A DNA stretch of 64,000 nt from assembly GCA_030704615.1 (NCBI GenBank), contig CM060732.1, positions 48,670,001 to 48,734,000 of the forward strand. Reading direction: 5' to 3'. Made by a program: the position numbers and the translations under genes. Each line of letters starts with the position of its first letter. Position 1 is the stretch's first letter. This DNA comes from Takakia lepidozioides. Its lineage: Eukaryota; Plantae; Bryophyta. Shown piece after piece: positions 12,610-25,126 of this stretch. The notes beneath the pieces are model-generated. The model had not been told where the DNA came from. It made no database searches and saw only the letters and a program-made list of their open reading frames with translations.

Positions 12610-13068
12610 CTTTTCCCCTTGTCCTTGTGAAGCAGATTTGTCCAAAATCAACCATATCTGTAAAACTGTAGCTGCGATCACTTCCACCGGACACGTAACG
12701 AAACGGAAGATATAAACCAGTTTGTCGAGAGTCTGCACGAATCGCATGCATTCAACCATTCCTCTAATTCCAATCTCATCAGAATAAACAAGTAGAGGCC
12801 CATGCTCCATGGGTGACAAATAGCATTGCACCTGGTCATCTAAGGTTGCAAAATACGCCCTTGCATCTAATAGAAAGTTCAGCCACTCTTTTACATTTGA
12901 GGAAGTTCTAGGAGTCGCCGGTTGGGTGCGGCTAGAAGAATGACGTTGGGACAGTCGGATCGGGAGCTCAGGAAACAGAGATTTCGCTCTCTCCCTAGCT
13001 GTCAATTTACAGGACATGGTCATCACGCCTTTGCTCAAACCTCGAATCCACCGAGTAAATGGAAGAGT

Positions 13069-13950
13069 TGTTAGAGGCTTGATGTCGCTGTCTAGATGCC
13101 CTCGATCCTACACTGATTCTCTTCTTAGTTAGTCTTTTGTATTGCACATAGCATCCTTGCAACTTGGGAGTGCGGGTCCTCTTAAAGAAGCTGTGGTAGT
13201 GGTCAAGGTGCCTTATTTTATGACACAGTATATTCCTTGCCTCCCTAAGGCCTCTGTTTGTCTGAGTCTACCATCCGTAAGTCTGCGCAAAATATAAGGG
13301 TACCCCACAGAACCCGTAAAACTGTCTAAGTCCCAGACAACCCTCTAACATTATCCCTCCCCCTCTCAAAAAGCCGTGTCCTCACGGTTTTCAGTAAACC
13401 TTTGTGAAGAAGCACCCTTCTGTCGGTGAGAGTCCCTTGGAGGGCTCTGTGTGCGAGCCCAAGCCATGTCATTGGTTGGTGGGCAAGGAAATTGTTGGCA
13501 TCCATAAGTAGCTCAAACAGCTTTTACAATAGGACTCCAAAACAAACAGAAACAAAAAGAAATATTCCCAAAAAGGACAGACTGAAACCTTTAGAGAGAG
13601 AGGGGCAGGACTTGTCCTTGCTTGCGTCTCAACACAGAAGCACACACTCAATCAACCTTGTCTTAGCTAGTGTGCTTCCTTCTTTGCTACTTTTTTCAAA
13701 GTTTAGATTAAAATAATGGCCATAGCAGTCATTGGCCGGATAGGCTCATCCATCAGCACCCACTTTCCAAAATATCCGACTTTCCATTCAGATTCCAAGT
13801 GGTCAACAACTATCGCAACATTATCCTTTTCCCCATGCCAATTCAAACTTGCCATTGGACAATAGAGACACTGATGATGTTGCTGTGAAAATTTGTGTTG
13901 TTGAACCACTCTACTGCTGCAGTAGCTGCATGTGGATCCTCATACGTGAC
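13069..13950 (-). mobile_element. Remnant of a second LTR retrotransposon: 282-bp 3' LTR (13069-13350), PPT and decayed integrase
   Basis: LTR ends TGTTAGAGG...CCTCTAACA (perfect 9-bp inverted termini); minus-strand PPT GAGAGGGGGAGGGATAA at 13351-13367; integrase-like KDNVAIVVDHL near 13800-13830. Confidence 0.72.
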
Positions 13951-14414
13951 GGCGGCATCTCCCTTTGCTTCATTTGTAACTTTGTCATGGTAGATCCAGA
14001 TCTTGGGACGGTTTGTTCTTTTGTCTTTCTGTGATACACCATGTCCATAAATTGGAAGAATACTGGCCGACCCAAGTGACTCCCAAGCCTTCGGACACCC
14101 AAGTTAGCAAGGCATTGGCCTAGCCGACAGCTGGGTGGACCAGGTAGCGGAGCATTCAACATAGCCCACAAGCCAAGGAGATGGCAGGTTGTTATCATGA
14201 TTAGAAGCCATGAACACCTACCATGTGGCCAAGTGCTCTAATGATCACCTATTGGTTGCAAAATTGGACCAAGGACTGGAAAAGCAAGACAAAGTCTGCA
14301 AGTCATGAGCAAAATGCTCATTAAGAGACATGGAGAAGCCTTCACAAAAACCACAGAATGCTCAATGAGAATAGGATGGACAGGGAAAAGAAAAAGATAA
14401 GTAGCAAAGAAATG

Positions 14415-14635
14415 GGCATGGTGACTGGAAGAGGCTCTACCGACTTTAAACCAAGGAGGCAGCTCAACAGATTCAGATACTTACGTCTGTCTCTTGCACA
14501 AGTGCATCAACATGGAGGTCTAGAAGCTGGAAAATAGGTGCTCGATCATATTATCCAAAGTGGACTCTAGCTAAGCCAAAGTTTTTCTACACAACACCCT
14601 CATCAACATGTATATGTCAAGTGTGGGAGAATTCC
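14415..14635 (+). pseudogene. Decayed PPR gene fragment
   Basis: Nucleotide homology to 18380-18590 (gattcagata, cattatccaaa, acaacaccctcatcaacatgtat, aagtgtgggag); stops and frameshifts. Confidence 0.8.
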
Positions 14636-14772
14636 AAATGTTCAATTGTACATAATGTTTGCAAAGGTCTGATCAATGTCTTCTCACCAACAATGCAGAT
14701 CTTTATTCTATTGGCCATTCTTTTTATACTAAAGTGAAAAAATGTTATCTTGTTGTGGTGTCTGGCGTACAG

Positions 14773-14904
14773 GTGTTGCAGCAGTTGTGTCAGGCAACAT
14801 TGAAGGTATGGTTGGATGGATATCCATTGGAGTATGGCAAGCTCTTGCAGTTACGAAGCCTGCTAGCCATTTCAAATGAGGATGCAGAGAAATTGGAAGA
14901 TGAG
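14773..14904 (+). other. Isolated exon-like segment of an unidentified gene
   Basis: CAG acceptor, 44 open codons (VLQQLCQATLKVWLDGYPLEYGKLLQLRSLLAISNEDAEKLEDE), then GT; no partner exons recognised. Confidence 0.4.
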
Positions 14905-14961
14905 GTCCAGAGCCAAGCGATGTTTTTTGCCATCTGTGTCAAAAATAGCATGTATGAACTA

Positions 14962-15875
14962 CAGTTTGCACTGGATAAATGTTACCTCTATAAACGTTAA
15001 ACTACGATAAATGTTAAGAAAATTTTACTCCCCTACTTGTGCACACTAGCAAATGTTAAGTGTTATTTGTTAACAAATGTTTACTCCCCTCTTTGTTAAT
15101 TTGCCCTCCATAAATGTTAAGTGTACCATAAAGGCTTCATCTAAGAGGAGAAAATAGTATAGGTTCCAACTAGATTATGATAAGACTCCATCTTAAAACA
15201 TAACCAATCAGAAGACCAGAAAGTAAGTGGGAGGTAATACTAAAGTGAATAGATGAAACAAGTGCATATACAACATTTCGAGACGATATATCCAGGAGGT
15301 TATTTCTGAGATACAACGAATGTATGTTCAGCATTTTGAGACTTGACATGCAGGATGTTTTTCAGAGACGAGATCACTTTGTACCCCCAATTCATTTGGC
15401 CAGTTTGGGAAGTTCAGGCACCCCCACACTTCGGGAAGAGCCACTCTGTGGGGTCATGGGAGGCTTGGAGATAAGGAAGTGGGTTAATGGGAGTAGACAA
15501 ATGACTCTAAGGTGGTTGGAGTGGCCAATGGGCTTGCAGGTAGGAGTGATGCGAGTGTAGTTAAATTCTTGAAATACCTATGCAGTTTTCTTTTTGGTTG
15601 TTGATAGGTAGGCGCACCCACGTATGATTAGATAGATGTGTTGTACTAATAAGTCGATTAATAAAGACAACTCACAAAAACAAAGAGAGAATATAATATA
15701 TTACACTTTTATTTCACAAGTGTTATTCTCATATTTTGTACATTTGTTAAATGATACATTCTGTAAATGTTAATGTGCTACGACTAAACCCTTCATAAAC
15801 TGTTAATGTGTTAACCTTGTCTAAATGTTCTTTCTTTTCTACTCCCGACTCTTAACATTTATCCAGGGCAGACTG
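14962..15875. mobile_element. Non-autonomous Tc1/mariner (pogo-like) element, 914 bp
   Basis: TIRs CAGTTTGCACTGGATAAATGTTA / TAACATTTATCCAGGGCAGACTG (2 mismatches), TA on both sides, repeated AAATGTTA subterminal motif. Confidence 0.88.
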
Positions 15876-18141
15876 TAGTGGTGCCGGTGCAGATAGCTGC
15901 AGTGAGTTTGCTTCATCAATTTTTGCAGGATGCGATATTGCAGGTTACTGGGTGAGGGTCTTTTGAGAACAGCCAAATGCAATTACACGGCAACTACAAC
16001 AGTCAATTAGAGTTCTTTGAAACCCCTGTGGGATTATTTGTCATGTTCAGGATTCATTGATGTGGCAAAAAGCCCACAGAACCAGCGCTTGATTCAATTC
16101 TGAATGAGCAAGCACGGTACCCTGCACCTGCCTACAAACATGAGTTTCACAATCCTTGTAAATTCCTCGTTCAAAACTTAAGAGTAGTGCCATAAAAGCA
16201 TTATGAAACCACCCAGTAAAGAAACAAGGAGAAACCCATGGAAATAAAATGTGTTACTCATAACGGAGGGCGGTAAGAGAGAGAAAATGAGATTATTAAA
16301 TCATAGAAAAGTCAATAAGAAAGAATGTTCAGGTGGGCCTTGGCCTTGTCCTTAGTCCTATATCTAATTGGGTTTAATGTCAGGTCCTTCAACTCTGAAC
16401 CAAAATTGGGCAGGGTAATGAAGAGATACTCCCCATATACAGTCTTGCAGAAACTCTGCTGCAGATAATGCCTCCTTACTCCCACTTGTCTTCATAACTG
16501 TTGAAGAGGGCTGCATCGGTACGTCTGCATATAGCTGAACTCTTGCCACTTTAGATGCAAGAACCAGATCAGAGAAAATAGAGGCAATGGATCCCAGACT
16601 CCATCGAGGTCAGCAATTTTCAGCCAGATACATGCGCTGCTGTGCAAGTGAGCAGATGATGGTGCCAAGTTGGAAGACTTCTATTTGGTATTTATTGGAC
16701 GTTGCTTGTCCCAAATATGGCTCCATATAAGTGACCAAATTCTAACAGTCAGGTGTCTGGCAGGGGTGATCTATTCAGGAAATGGAGCAGCAGGATGGTT
16801 CACACGTCTGTGTGATACTTGAAGCTGGATCATCTGTTCCCATGTAGTGGAACCCAGTGGGGATGGCAGCGTGTTCAGGCGTTCTCCTGAGCATGCATGT
16901 GGACTCCATACCCAAGGTCTCATCTTCGAGTTTAGGGCATACAAGAGGTGTCACATCATACAGCAGAGTAAGGGGCTGGGCTGTGGAGCTGAAAGCAGCA
17001 CGCCTTTCGGCAATGTGCCAAGGACAGAGTCCCTTGCAAATTCTGGCTTTGGCACCTCTCACCACCTCAGGGATGCCACATAATTTAGGTGATGACAAGA
17101 AACTCTTTGCAGTTTTGTTTCTTTGGGTCGCTCTGTTGTACGTACTGTAGGATCCAGGCTTAGGATTTTTCTCTGAGCTATCCAGCAGAACCAATATAAT
17201 CTGGTTGAAGTAGGCAAGAAAGCACACATGATAATCAGACGAGCGATAATTGTTGTATCTCGCATGAAGGTAAGCGCTGGAGCATGGAACAGCGCTGGCA
17301 GGAGTTCTTTAAGGATCCTTCACAATGGGACATCTGTGATGGCAAGGTGCTACTTCTTTCATGTATGATGTGAAGAAGTTCGTCTGTTCTGCAAAAGTTG
17401 CTCTTATTGGCAGTAGAGAGGTTGTTTTTCCTATTCCCATGGGTTTTCCCGGTGTTTACGAGATACTTGGGAGGGTCGGCTTGGTTCCTAGGAGGCCATG
17501 TTTAAAACTACGGCTACTCAGCTGCACTGTGGTGGTTTTCACAGACCAATCCAAGCTCATTGAACTACAAACACAAGCAGCAGACACAAGAGGTCCTTTG
17601 GATTGATGGTTGGTTGAATCCACCTTGGGTGAAAGAAAAGCTAGCGGCTACCACAACACAAGGTCAAGCAAAATGTGGTGAGGGTACCTTCTTGTTCAAC
17701 ACAGTAGGCCTATTTCGTCCTCTTATCAGAGACGATCCTAATTTTCCTTGTGGAGTTTGTAAAGTAGCTCTGTGTTCTGAGTGTTTTTATATGTTACTGC
17801 CAATGGGATAATATGCAAACATCCAACAACACAGGAGAAGTTTTGGAAGAATAAATTCTTTTTACCCTGTACATGGTAATACAATTGTGGCAGAAGGCTG
17901 AATGCCTGTTAAGAAGCAGACAACACATGGATTTAAACGCTTTCTTCCAGAATTGACATCCTCCCTCCCTCCCAATAGATTTTTCAAAGTGTCAGCATTG
18001 AGCATAAGAACCAGTGTTTGAAGAAAGTTAGGGTGCTTGATAGATAAATTTGAGGTTGCCTTTGTCAGCTACTAGCAGCAAGGGGAGAATCTATTCATTA
18101 TCGTTGCCAAGGCAGGGGTAGCTGAAGGATGCAGGGATGGA

Positions 18142-20463
18142 GTGCGGGTCCAGATCCATCCTGGAGGGCTGGATTGCAAACAGAAGAGTACCAATGTGTG
18201 GATTGATAGCTACAAGAAACCTGCAAGGGTAGATGATCGACTGGATGCAGTAGCGGCAGCACAGTTGATCAAATCAGGCACCTCCACCATGACCACTGCT
18301 TGTGAAAGAGGACAAAGAGAGGGAGTCCACAAGATCTCTTCTGGTGCTTCTGGGCATGTAAGGACACTATGTGAGACAGGACAACTGAAAGAAGCTCTTC
18401 AATGTTTGAAACATGGAGGCTTTTCAGTAGATTCAGATATGTATGTCTTCATGTTGCATAAATGCATCAAGATGAAAGTCCTGGCAGCAGGAAAGCAGGT
18501 GCATGCACACATTATCCAAACTGGATTTAAGCCAACCATGTTTCTATACAACACCCTTATCAATATGTATGTCAAATGTGGGAGCATCGTGGATGCACAC
18601 CGAGTGTTTGAGAAAATGCCTAAACGAGATATTTTTTCATGGACTATCTTGATAGCAGGATATACCAAGCATGGGTGTGGTAAGAATGCCTTGGAGACCT
18701 ATGAGCAAATGATGCGGGAAGGTGTTAAGCCCAACCAGGTCACGTTTGTCTGTGTTTGCAATGCATGTGCGAGCCTGGCAGCCCTGGAAAAGGGAAAAGA
18801 GCTCCATGCTGACATCATTAAAGCTGGGATTGTACCAAATATAATTCTGAAGAATACCCTCGTGGACATGTATGCAAAATGCGGGAGCCTCCAGGACGCA
18901 AAGGAAGTGTTTGACACTATGGGTGAACGTGATGTCATTTCATGGAGTGCAATGATTGCAGGATATGCCCAGCATGGGTGTGGGATGGAGGCTTTGGAGA
19001 CCTATGAGCAAATGATGCAGGAAGGGGTGCAGCCGGACCAGTTCACATTTGTTTGTGTTTGCAATGCATGTGCGAGCCTGGCTGCCCTGGAGAAGGCCAG
19101 AGAAGTCCACTGCAACATCATGAAAGCTGGAATTGTACCAAATATGTTTCTGCATACTACTGTCGTGAACATGTATGCCAAATGCGGGAGCATTGAGGAT
19201 GAAAAGGGAGTGTTTGACAGTATGGCTGAACGAGATGTGGTGTCCTGGAGTGCAATGATAGCAGGATATGCTCATCATGGATGTGGGATCGAGGCTTTGG
19301 AGACCTATGAGCAAATGATGCGGGAAGGGGTGAAACCAGACCAGGTCACGTTCGCTTGCGTTTGCAATGCGTGTGCGAGCCTGGCAGCCCTGGAGAAGGG
19401 CAGAGAGGTGCATGCTTACATCAGGGAAGCTGGAATTGAACCAAATATGATTCTGAATACTACCCTCATGGACATGTATGCCAAATGCGGGAGCATCAAG
19501 GATGCAAAGGGAGTGTTCGACAGTATGGCTGAACGAGATTTGGTGTCATGGAATGTGATGATTGCAGGATATGCCCAGCATGGTTGTCATAGGGAGGCCC
19601 TGGAGCTATTTGAAGGAATGCAAAAGGAAGGCTTCAAGCCGGACAGTACCACCTTTATATGTATTCTCTCTGCATGCAGCCATGTTGGCCTAGTGGATGA
19701 AGGCAGACACTACTTCAATTCCCTGAGTCAAGATCATGGCCTGACTCCTAGAGTGGACCACTTTGGCTGCATCGTGGACCTTCTTGGTCGTGCAGGGCAA
19801 TTGAATGAGGCTGTGGACTTTATTAACAAAATGCCAGTCCAACCAGATGCTGTGGTGTGGAAAGCCTTGCTTGGTGCCTCCAGAATTCATCGGAATGTGG
19901 AGGTGGCAGAATGTGCAGCAAAACCTATTCTCAAGTTGGATCCACAGGACGCTACGACTTATGTGTTGCTATCAAATGTCTATGCTGCAGCTGGCAGGTG
20001 GGATGATACTGCAAAAGTGAGAAAAATGATGAAAGTCAGAGGTGTCAGAAAGGACCCAGGTCGCTGCTGCATTGAGGTCGGCAATGGGTTTCACACATTT
20101 GTTGTAGATGACAAATTGCATCCACTAATCGGGGAAATTCAGGCTGAGCTGAGAAGATTGTCTTTGCAGATGAAGGAGGCAGGGTATGTGCCTGACACAC
20201 GTTTTGTATTGCATGATGTGGAGAAGGACCAAAAGGAAATTTCACTTTGCCACCATAGTGAGAGGCTGGCCATTGCTTTTGGACTGATCAGCACGTCCCC
20301 AGGGACTCCTCTTCGCATCATCAAGAACCTTCGGGTCTGTGGTGACTGCCACACTGCCACCAAATTCATCTCAAAGATTGTTGGGCGAGCAATTTTTGTT
20401 CGGGATGCGAACCGTTTTCACCACTTTGAAGATGGAGTTTGTTCATGTGGGGAGTACTGGTGA
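18142..20463 (+). CDS. PLS-class PPR protein with E1/E2 and DYW deaminase domain (organellar C-to-U editing factor)
   Basis: Uninterrupted 773-codon ORF; P-L-S triplets, PG box KDPGRCCIEV, HSERLA, CGDCH, ends SCGEYW. First in-frame ATG is 18289; an upstream exon cannot be excluded. Confidence 0.95.
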   Translation: MRVQIHPGGLDCKQKSTNVWIDSYKKPARVDDRLDAVAAAQLIKSGTSTMTTACERGQREGVHKISSGASGHVRTLCETGQLKEALQCLKHGGFSVDSDMYVFMLHKCIKMKVLAAGKQVHAHIIQTGFKPTMFLYNTLINMYVKCGSIVDAHRVFEKMPKRDIFSWTILIAGYTKHGCGKNALETYEQMMREGVKPNQVTFVCVCNACASLAALEKGKELHADIIKAGIVPNIILKNTLVDMYAKCGSLQDAKEVFDTMGERDVISWSAMIAGYAQHGCGMEALETYEQMMQEGVQPDQFTFVCVCNACASLAALEKAREVHCNIMKAGIVPNMFLHTTVVNMYAKCGSIEDEKGVFDSMAERDVVSWSAMIAGYAHHGCGIEALETYEQMMREGVKPDQVTFACVCNACASLAALEKGREVHAYIREAGIEPNMILNTTLMDMYAKCGSIKDAKGVFDSMAERDLVSWNVMIAGYAQHGCHREALELFEGMQKEGFKPDSTTFICILSACSHVGLVDEGRHYFNSLSQDHGLTPRVDHFGCIVDLLGRAGQLNEAVDFINKMPVQPDAVVWKALLGASRIHRNVEVAECAAKPILKLDPQDATTYVLLSNVYAAAGRWDDTAKVRKMMKVRGVRKDPGRCCIEVGNGFHTFVVDDKLHPLIGEIQAELRRLSLQMKEAGYVPDTRFVLHDVEKDQKEISLCHHSERLAIAFGLISTSPGTPLRIIKNLRVCGDCHTATKFISKIVGRAIFVRDANRFHHFEDGVCSCGEYW

Positions 20464-20607
20464 AATGATGTTTCTCTTTGTAAAGTGTGAGTGTTTTTGC
20501 TCATTGATTCAAATCAGCAGCTGCTGGGTTCATTCACTGTTTCTTGGAATGTTGGCTATCAATATCCATGCATATGAAGATATGTAAAGGGAGTGTTATA
20601 AAGAATA

Positions 20608-20852
20608 TCTATGCAGCAGGTGGCTGATGGCACAATACTGCACAGAGGTGTGAAAAATGATGGAAGTCTGAGATGTCAGAAAGCAGCCCGATCGCTGCTG
20701 CATTGAGGTTGGCCAACGGGTGCAGAAGGAGCAAAAGGAATCATCTCTTTGGTGCTGGCCATTGCATTTGGGTTAATCAGTGCAACCAGAGATGCCTTTT
20801 CATGACATCAAGAGACTTCAGGTGTGGGGTTGACTGCAACATGCCACCAACT
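20608..20852 (+). pseudogene. Degenerate tandem relic of an E/DYW coding region
   Basis: Collinear matches to 19980-20365 (gatgtcagaaag, cgctgctgcattgaggt, ctggccattgcatttgg, tgactgc..tgccaccaa) with internal deletions. Confidence 0.75.
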
Positions 20853-23800
20853 GTGTTTCAGAGAGTGCCAGCATAATTTGGGGTACCTTTGACAATGAGC
20901 ACATAGTGACATCTGGGCATTGCCCCAGAATGGGCTGTGCATAGAGTTATATATACACAAGACTTGCTTTGCTTTTCTTTCCTCGCGACATACCAATGCA
21001 AGTCATAAAGATGATACATCAATGTATATTTCCTAGGGTGAAACATCAAAATAAACCACATCTGGTGCCTGCATTAGTGTTCATGGCTGCAGCAGCCTCC
21101 TGGATCAAGATTAGCAAGAGGGACTTGGGCTGCTTGGCCCTGGTTTCTCTACTTTCAAAGTCAATGGCCACAAGGCTATGGCAAACATCGTCTCATGCTC
21201 ATGCGGACGTTCTCTACTTTCAAAACAATACTTGGTTGAGTAAGCTATTCAGGCAATGGATTTTACACTACTAAAGACTGCTACCTGCCACAACTCTCTA
21301 GAATTCAGCTGTCCTATTTGGCACTTCCCTGTGCCACATGGGGCAGCCCTGACCATGTGTGGACAACAGATATGTTACCTCTGCAGATAGTGATGCCACA
21401 TCGGACATATATAGTTATGTACCTGCAACTTTGAATGAAGAAGTTAAACATCTGGAAACAAGCCTTAGTAAGAATCTTACATCTGAATATACTGTCTAGC
21501 CCTTATTATTAGTTATGTCCTTTCCCATTGGACTTTCTCACCAGATTGCGATGACAGAGAAGGCACGGAAATTGGAACAGTCCAAGCTAGTGTTCCAATT
21601 CACCAAGTTTCTGCTGTTGAGCCACACCACCAAGTTCCTGTTGTCGAGCTCCCCAAAGGTTGAATTTTTCATCCTTCACTCTGGCCAGACTCTTGAAATT
21701 AGTGTTCAGTCAGAAGTTTTATCCCTTCACTAGTTGAGCAATTATCTCCTTTTCTGATTTGGGTTGCTGATGGCGCTTTATGTTCCATGTAGTTGGCATT
21801 TTGAAAGCACAGGTTGCTGGCTGGGGTGCTAAAACATTAGCAGCTAGTATCATGAAAAGCTCATGAAGGTTGCTAGAAGAGGACTTGAGTGGTGCAGACC
21901 TCGCATTGAGGTCACTTCAGAATATTTCCTATCACTTGGCATTAAGGTTTTTGGGCACCGCAAGGTGCTTCTTTCTGGGATATAATGTCTTGATGCGGAC
22001 TCTGGTATTGACGATTAGTCTCATCCTATGGAGCAGAGGGACTCCAGACACCCCACACCGTCGCCGCTTTAGGGCGGGTAGAAACTCCTCTGTTGTACTT
22101 TCCCCACCTGCACATTGGCTCCAATGAATGATGTACTCGAGGTAGATTCCCTTTTTTTTTTTGGGAGTGGAGATATGGAGGGCGCCATCCTTTGGAAGAG
22201 AAATGAAAGACCACATAAGCTTTAGGCAAATGCATGGGGTTGTAGAGGAGGGCATTACCCTACCTGCTCAGGAATGTCACAGCCATGCCAACAGAAAGAT
22301 CTCATCATTGGAGAGATGTTGAGAAGAACGCAGCTAGAAAGAGGCTTATGGTGAGATTTAATTGTAGTGAGATCGATAGAAGTGTTGGATTCAAAGTATG
22401 TGCTGAAAGCTACATCTTTGGGTTCTGAGTGCAACTCGTAGCAGTCACTCCAATTTAGAAATATCCGCAATCGCTGCACCAATTTGACAATGTGAAGAAG
22501 CTTGTGAACCCATGGATGGAGGTTCGTGTGCATGGAGGTCTGAGCACAGGGCCCTACAGGCATTACAGAAAGAGGTGATTTAGAAAGTGAATAGCTGTCT
22601 TCCAAATAGGTAGTTATAATCTATTCATATGAAGAATGGACTAGATTGGATTGAATGGGTACATTACCTCCTTACATGTATATCCAACATTGAAACTTGT
22701 TGGCATTGAATAAACATGTGATCTGTCCCTTTCTTGTTATATGTGAATCTACAGTTTTTAGGTGTACCATGTGTTCAATGGACAAACAAGGGATACTTTG
22801 TAGTATTTCCACAATGGATGTCGAAACATTGACTTGAATTGTCTTCATTTTATGACATGTAATGTCAGTTACTTTTACCTTATTGTTTTGTCGGCGCAAA
22901 TCTAACCGGGAGTGGCCATTTTTCCCCAATCTGATATATTTCCATATTAGTGTACTAGAGAGAGGAATCAAGCATGGAGTCTGTTAATTCCACAAGGATG
23001 GCATCCATAGGCTCGAGTTGAAGAAATCAAAGGTTTTCTCCTCTCCTCTTAGTTGGTCACTGTGCTACTACAGTAAAGAAGTCATTCGACTTGCAAAGGA
23101 CACGGACCAGTGAACCCAGTCACTGGGCCCCAGCACTTCATCTGGTATTTTATTCATCTCTTTCTAGCCTAAGCTTGGAACTGTCTTCGTTGCTGCATCT
23201 GGGAAGAGTCTTGGTCGCTGGAGTGCAGGATTGGATCTCTACATGCGCCTAAGGGCTGGCTGATCTCGGATCTAGCTTGTATGGATTCAATTACTGGAGG
23301 TTGCGCGCAATGTCAACAGCACTTCTGTAATAGTTTTGACTACCTGTGTGCATGTGCACTTCGAAAACTATCTACATAAACAGTCATCGCTTACGTCACT
23401 GGCAACTTTTGCAGACACTCCAGCGAAATTGCAGTAGCTGACTACTTAGTCGATTGATCGCAACCTCGTGGCTCTAGCTACAGAATCACAGTTCTTTCTT
23501 TCTCCCAACATAAAGCTTCAGTGTCAACTGTCAGCTCCACTCTCTCTCGGAAGTCTTGTTTCAACACAAACATGGACTAGCAGACGTATTGCAACGCTCC
23601 CTCCTTTCGCCATGACTTTTCAAACTAAGAGTAGTGTCATTTTTCTGCAGTCCGTGATCTGAACGTCATGCACTCGTCTTCCCCACGACGCAACGTGCCG
23701 CGGTCCCTACATTCTCCCCGCGGTCACCTGCGCAGACGCCGGCTTTTTTACCGAATTCTAATTCTACGTGCAAACGGAATGGGATATATCATTTTTGGGA

Positions 23801-25126
23801 TTTTATTCGTGCACCCCAATTATTGAACTTTCAAATTCTCCAGCCTGTCAAACTCGGAGAATGCTAGAAATGACGTAAGAACTTAATGCACACGTGCAAC
23901 CTCTTACACGACGGTATGCCGGTTTCTGGCATGTCAAATCGTCCCCACCTTTTTTTGAGATTGATATGTAACTGAAGGAGTGTAAATTCTAGTAGGGGTT
24001 ACACTGGGTTACATGGTGGGGAGTGTAAGGGCCAACTTCCATGTATGGCAGTCAGCCAAGATTGCACTAGATGACAAAAATGACACCTTGCTTCCATGTG
24101 TTAATTTTAGGCAACGCCCCATATCAATGACCAACATCCATGAGCCCAATACATGGGAATTTGGCGCCAGAGTTCATGGCATCAACGTCCGGGGAGAACT
24201 GGCGGCCAGTTACATGCTAGCCGACTGAATTCCAGAATTTCCGAATGAAATATGAAACCTCAGGAAATGGATCCGAGGGGAAAAATGGCCGAAGCGGAAA
24301 TCAACCGGGTGCCCTACTTTTAAGAAGGATATTTGCCTTTCCATTTCATTACAGACAGGAAATCTGCCTTAGTTGGCAAGGCCGGATGGATTCCGGCCCT
24401 TTTTATATTACAAAAAACGGAAATGGCCGTCGAAGTCTGCCACATGGCAGAATTCCAACGTGCTAGGCCGGGTTACATCCGAGGAAGGGCGTTTACGTGA
24501 AAAAATATTGAACTCAAGAGGGCGGTCCGCGGGCAAACCCTACTAAGTCTGGACGTTGCTCTCAGAGCCCCAGCCCCACGCCTGCTTGCACTCGCTGCCT
24601 GCTATGCTGTCCACGCGGGTTCAATTCTGACCTCCATGTGGTTTTGAAGGCATTGACAGGTCCAACTTCTATAAGGATACAATGTTCTTCACTTGTTTGA
24701 ATTGCTTAAAACTGGTTGTGATTATTTCTTATTATTATTATTTACTTATTGTTGTGCATTTGACACTTGTGTTGTCAACCAGTTGATATTTATAAGGGCC
24801 GGATTTATAGCTGAACACAAAATAAATCATTAGGAATATTACCGGTTGTAAGGAATTTATCCCGGAAATTGACCGGGTATAGTTACCACTAAGGGGCAGC
24901 AACTGACTGCCCAACCCACTTAGCCGATTGCTGCTGGGAATGAGCGGCTACTGGCTGGTTCAACTGAAATTATTTCCCGGACGCTGCATGGCATAATCAG
25001 TAATCGCTTTTGACCCGTTGTACTAGGAAGGTTACCATGTCTCTTCTATCTGCTGTGAAAGTTACCTTTGTGCACATTGCTTGTAGGGACCCGCCACCTG
25101 GCTAGACCCACCACCCACCCTTTGCC

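Larger units (their letters stand above)
5234..13023 (-). pseudogene. Crinkler-like PD-(D/E)xK nuclease + protein-kinase-like gene, split by a 6.1-kb LTR element and a 183-bp insert
   Basis: ATG 13023. N-terminal SRTQPATP..KEWLNFL; REase-like QQLYDDMVLDETRYGFLTNF (6310-6370); kinase-like LGMGNYGNV, ALKLFD, VLHNNLKLSHV, KFIDFD; stop 5234-5236; several frameshifts. Confidence 0.72.

Noticed and set aside
16300-17800. Possible gene or transposase in overlapping short ORFs
   Set aside because: No recognisable motifs or consistent exon chain; left unassigned.
18399-20369. Antisense ORFs over the PPR gene
   Set aside because: Shadow frames of a repetitive coding sequence.
21900-23000. Minus-strand ORFs of 99-116 aa
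   Set aside because: No domain motifs recognised; cannot support a call.
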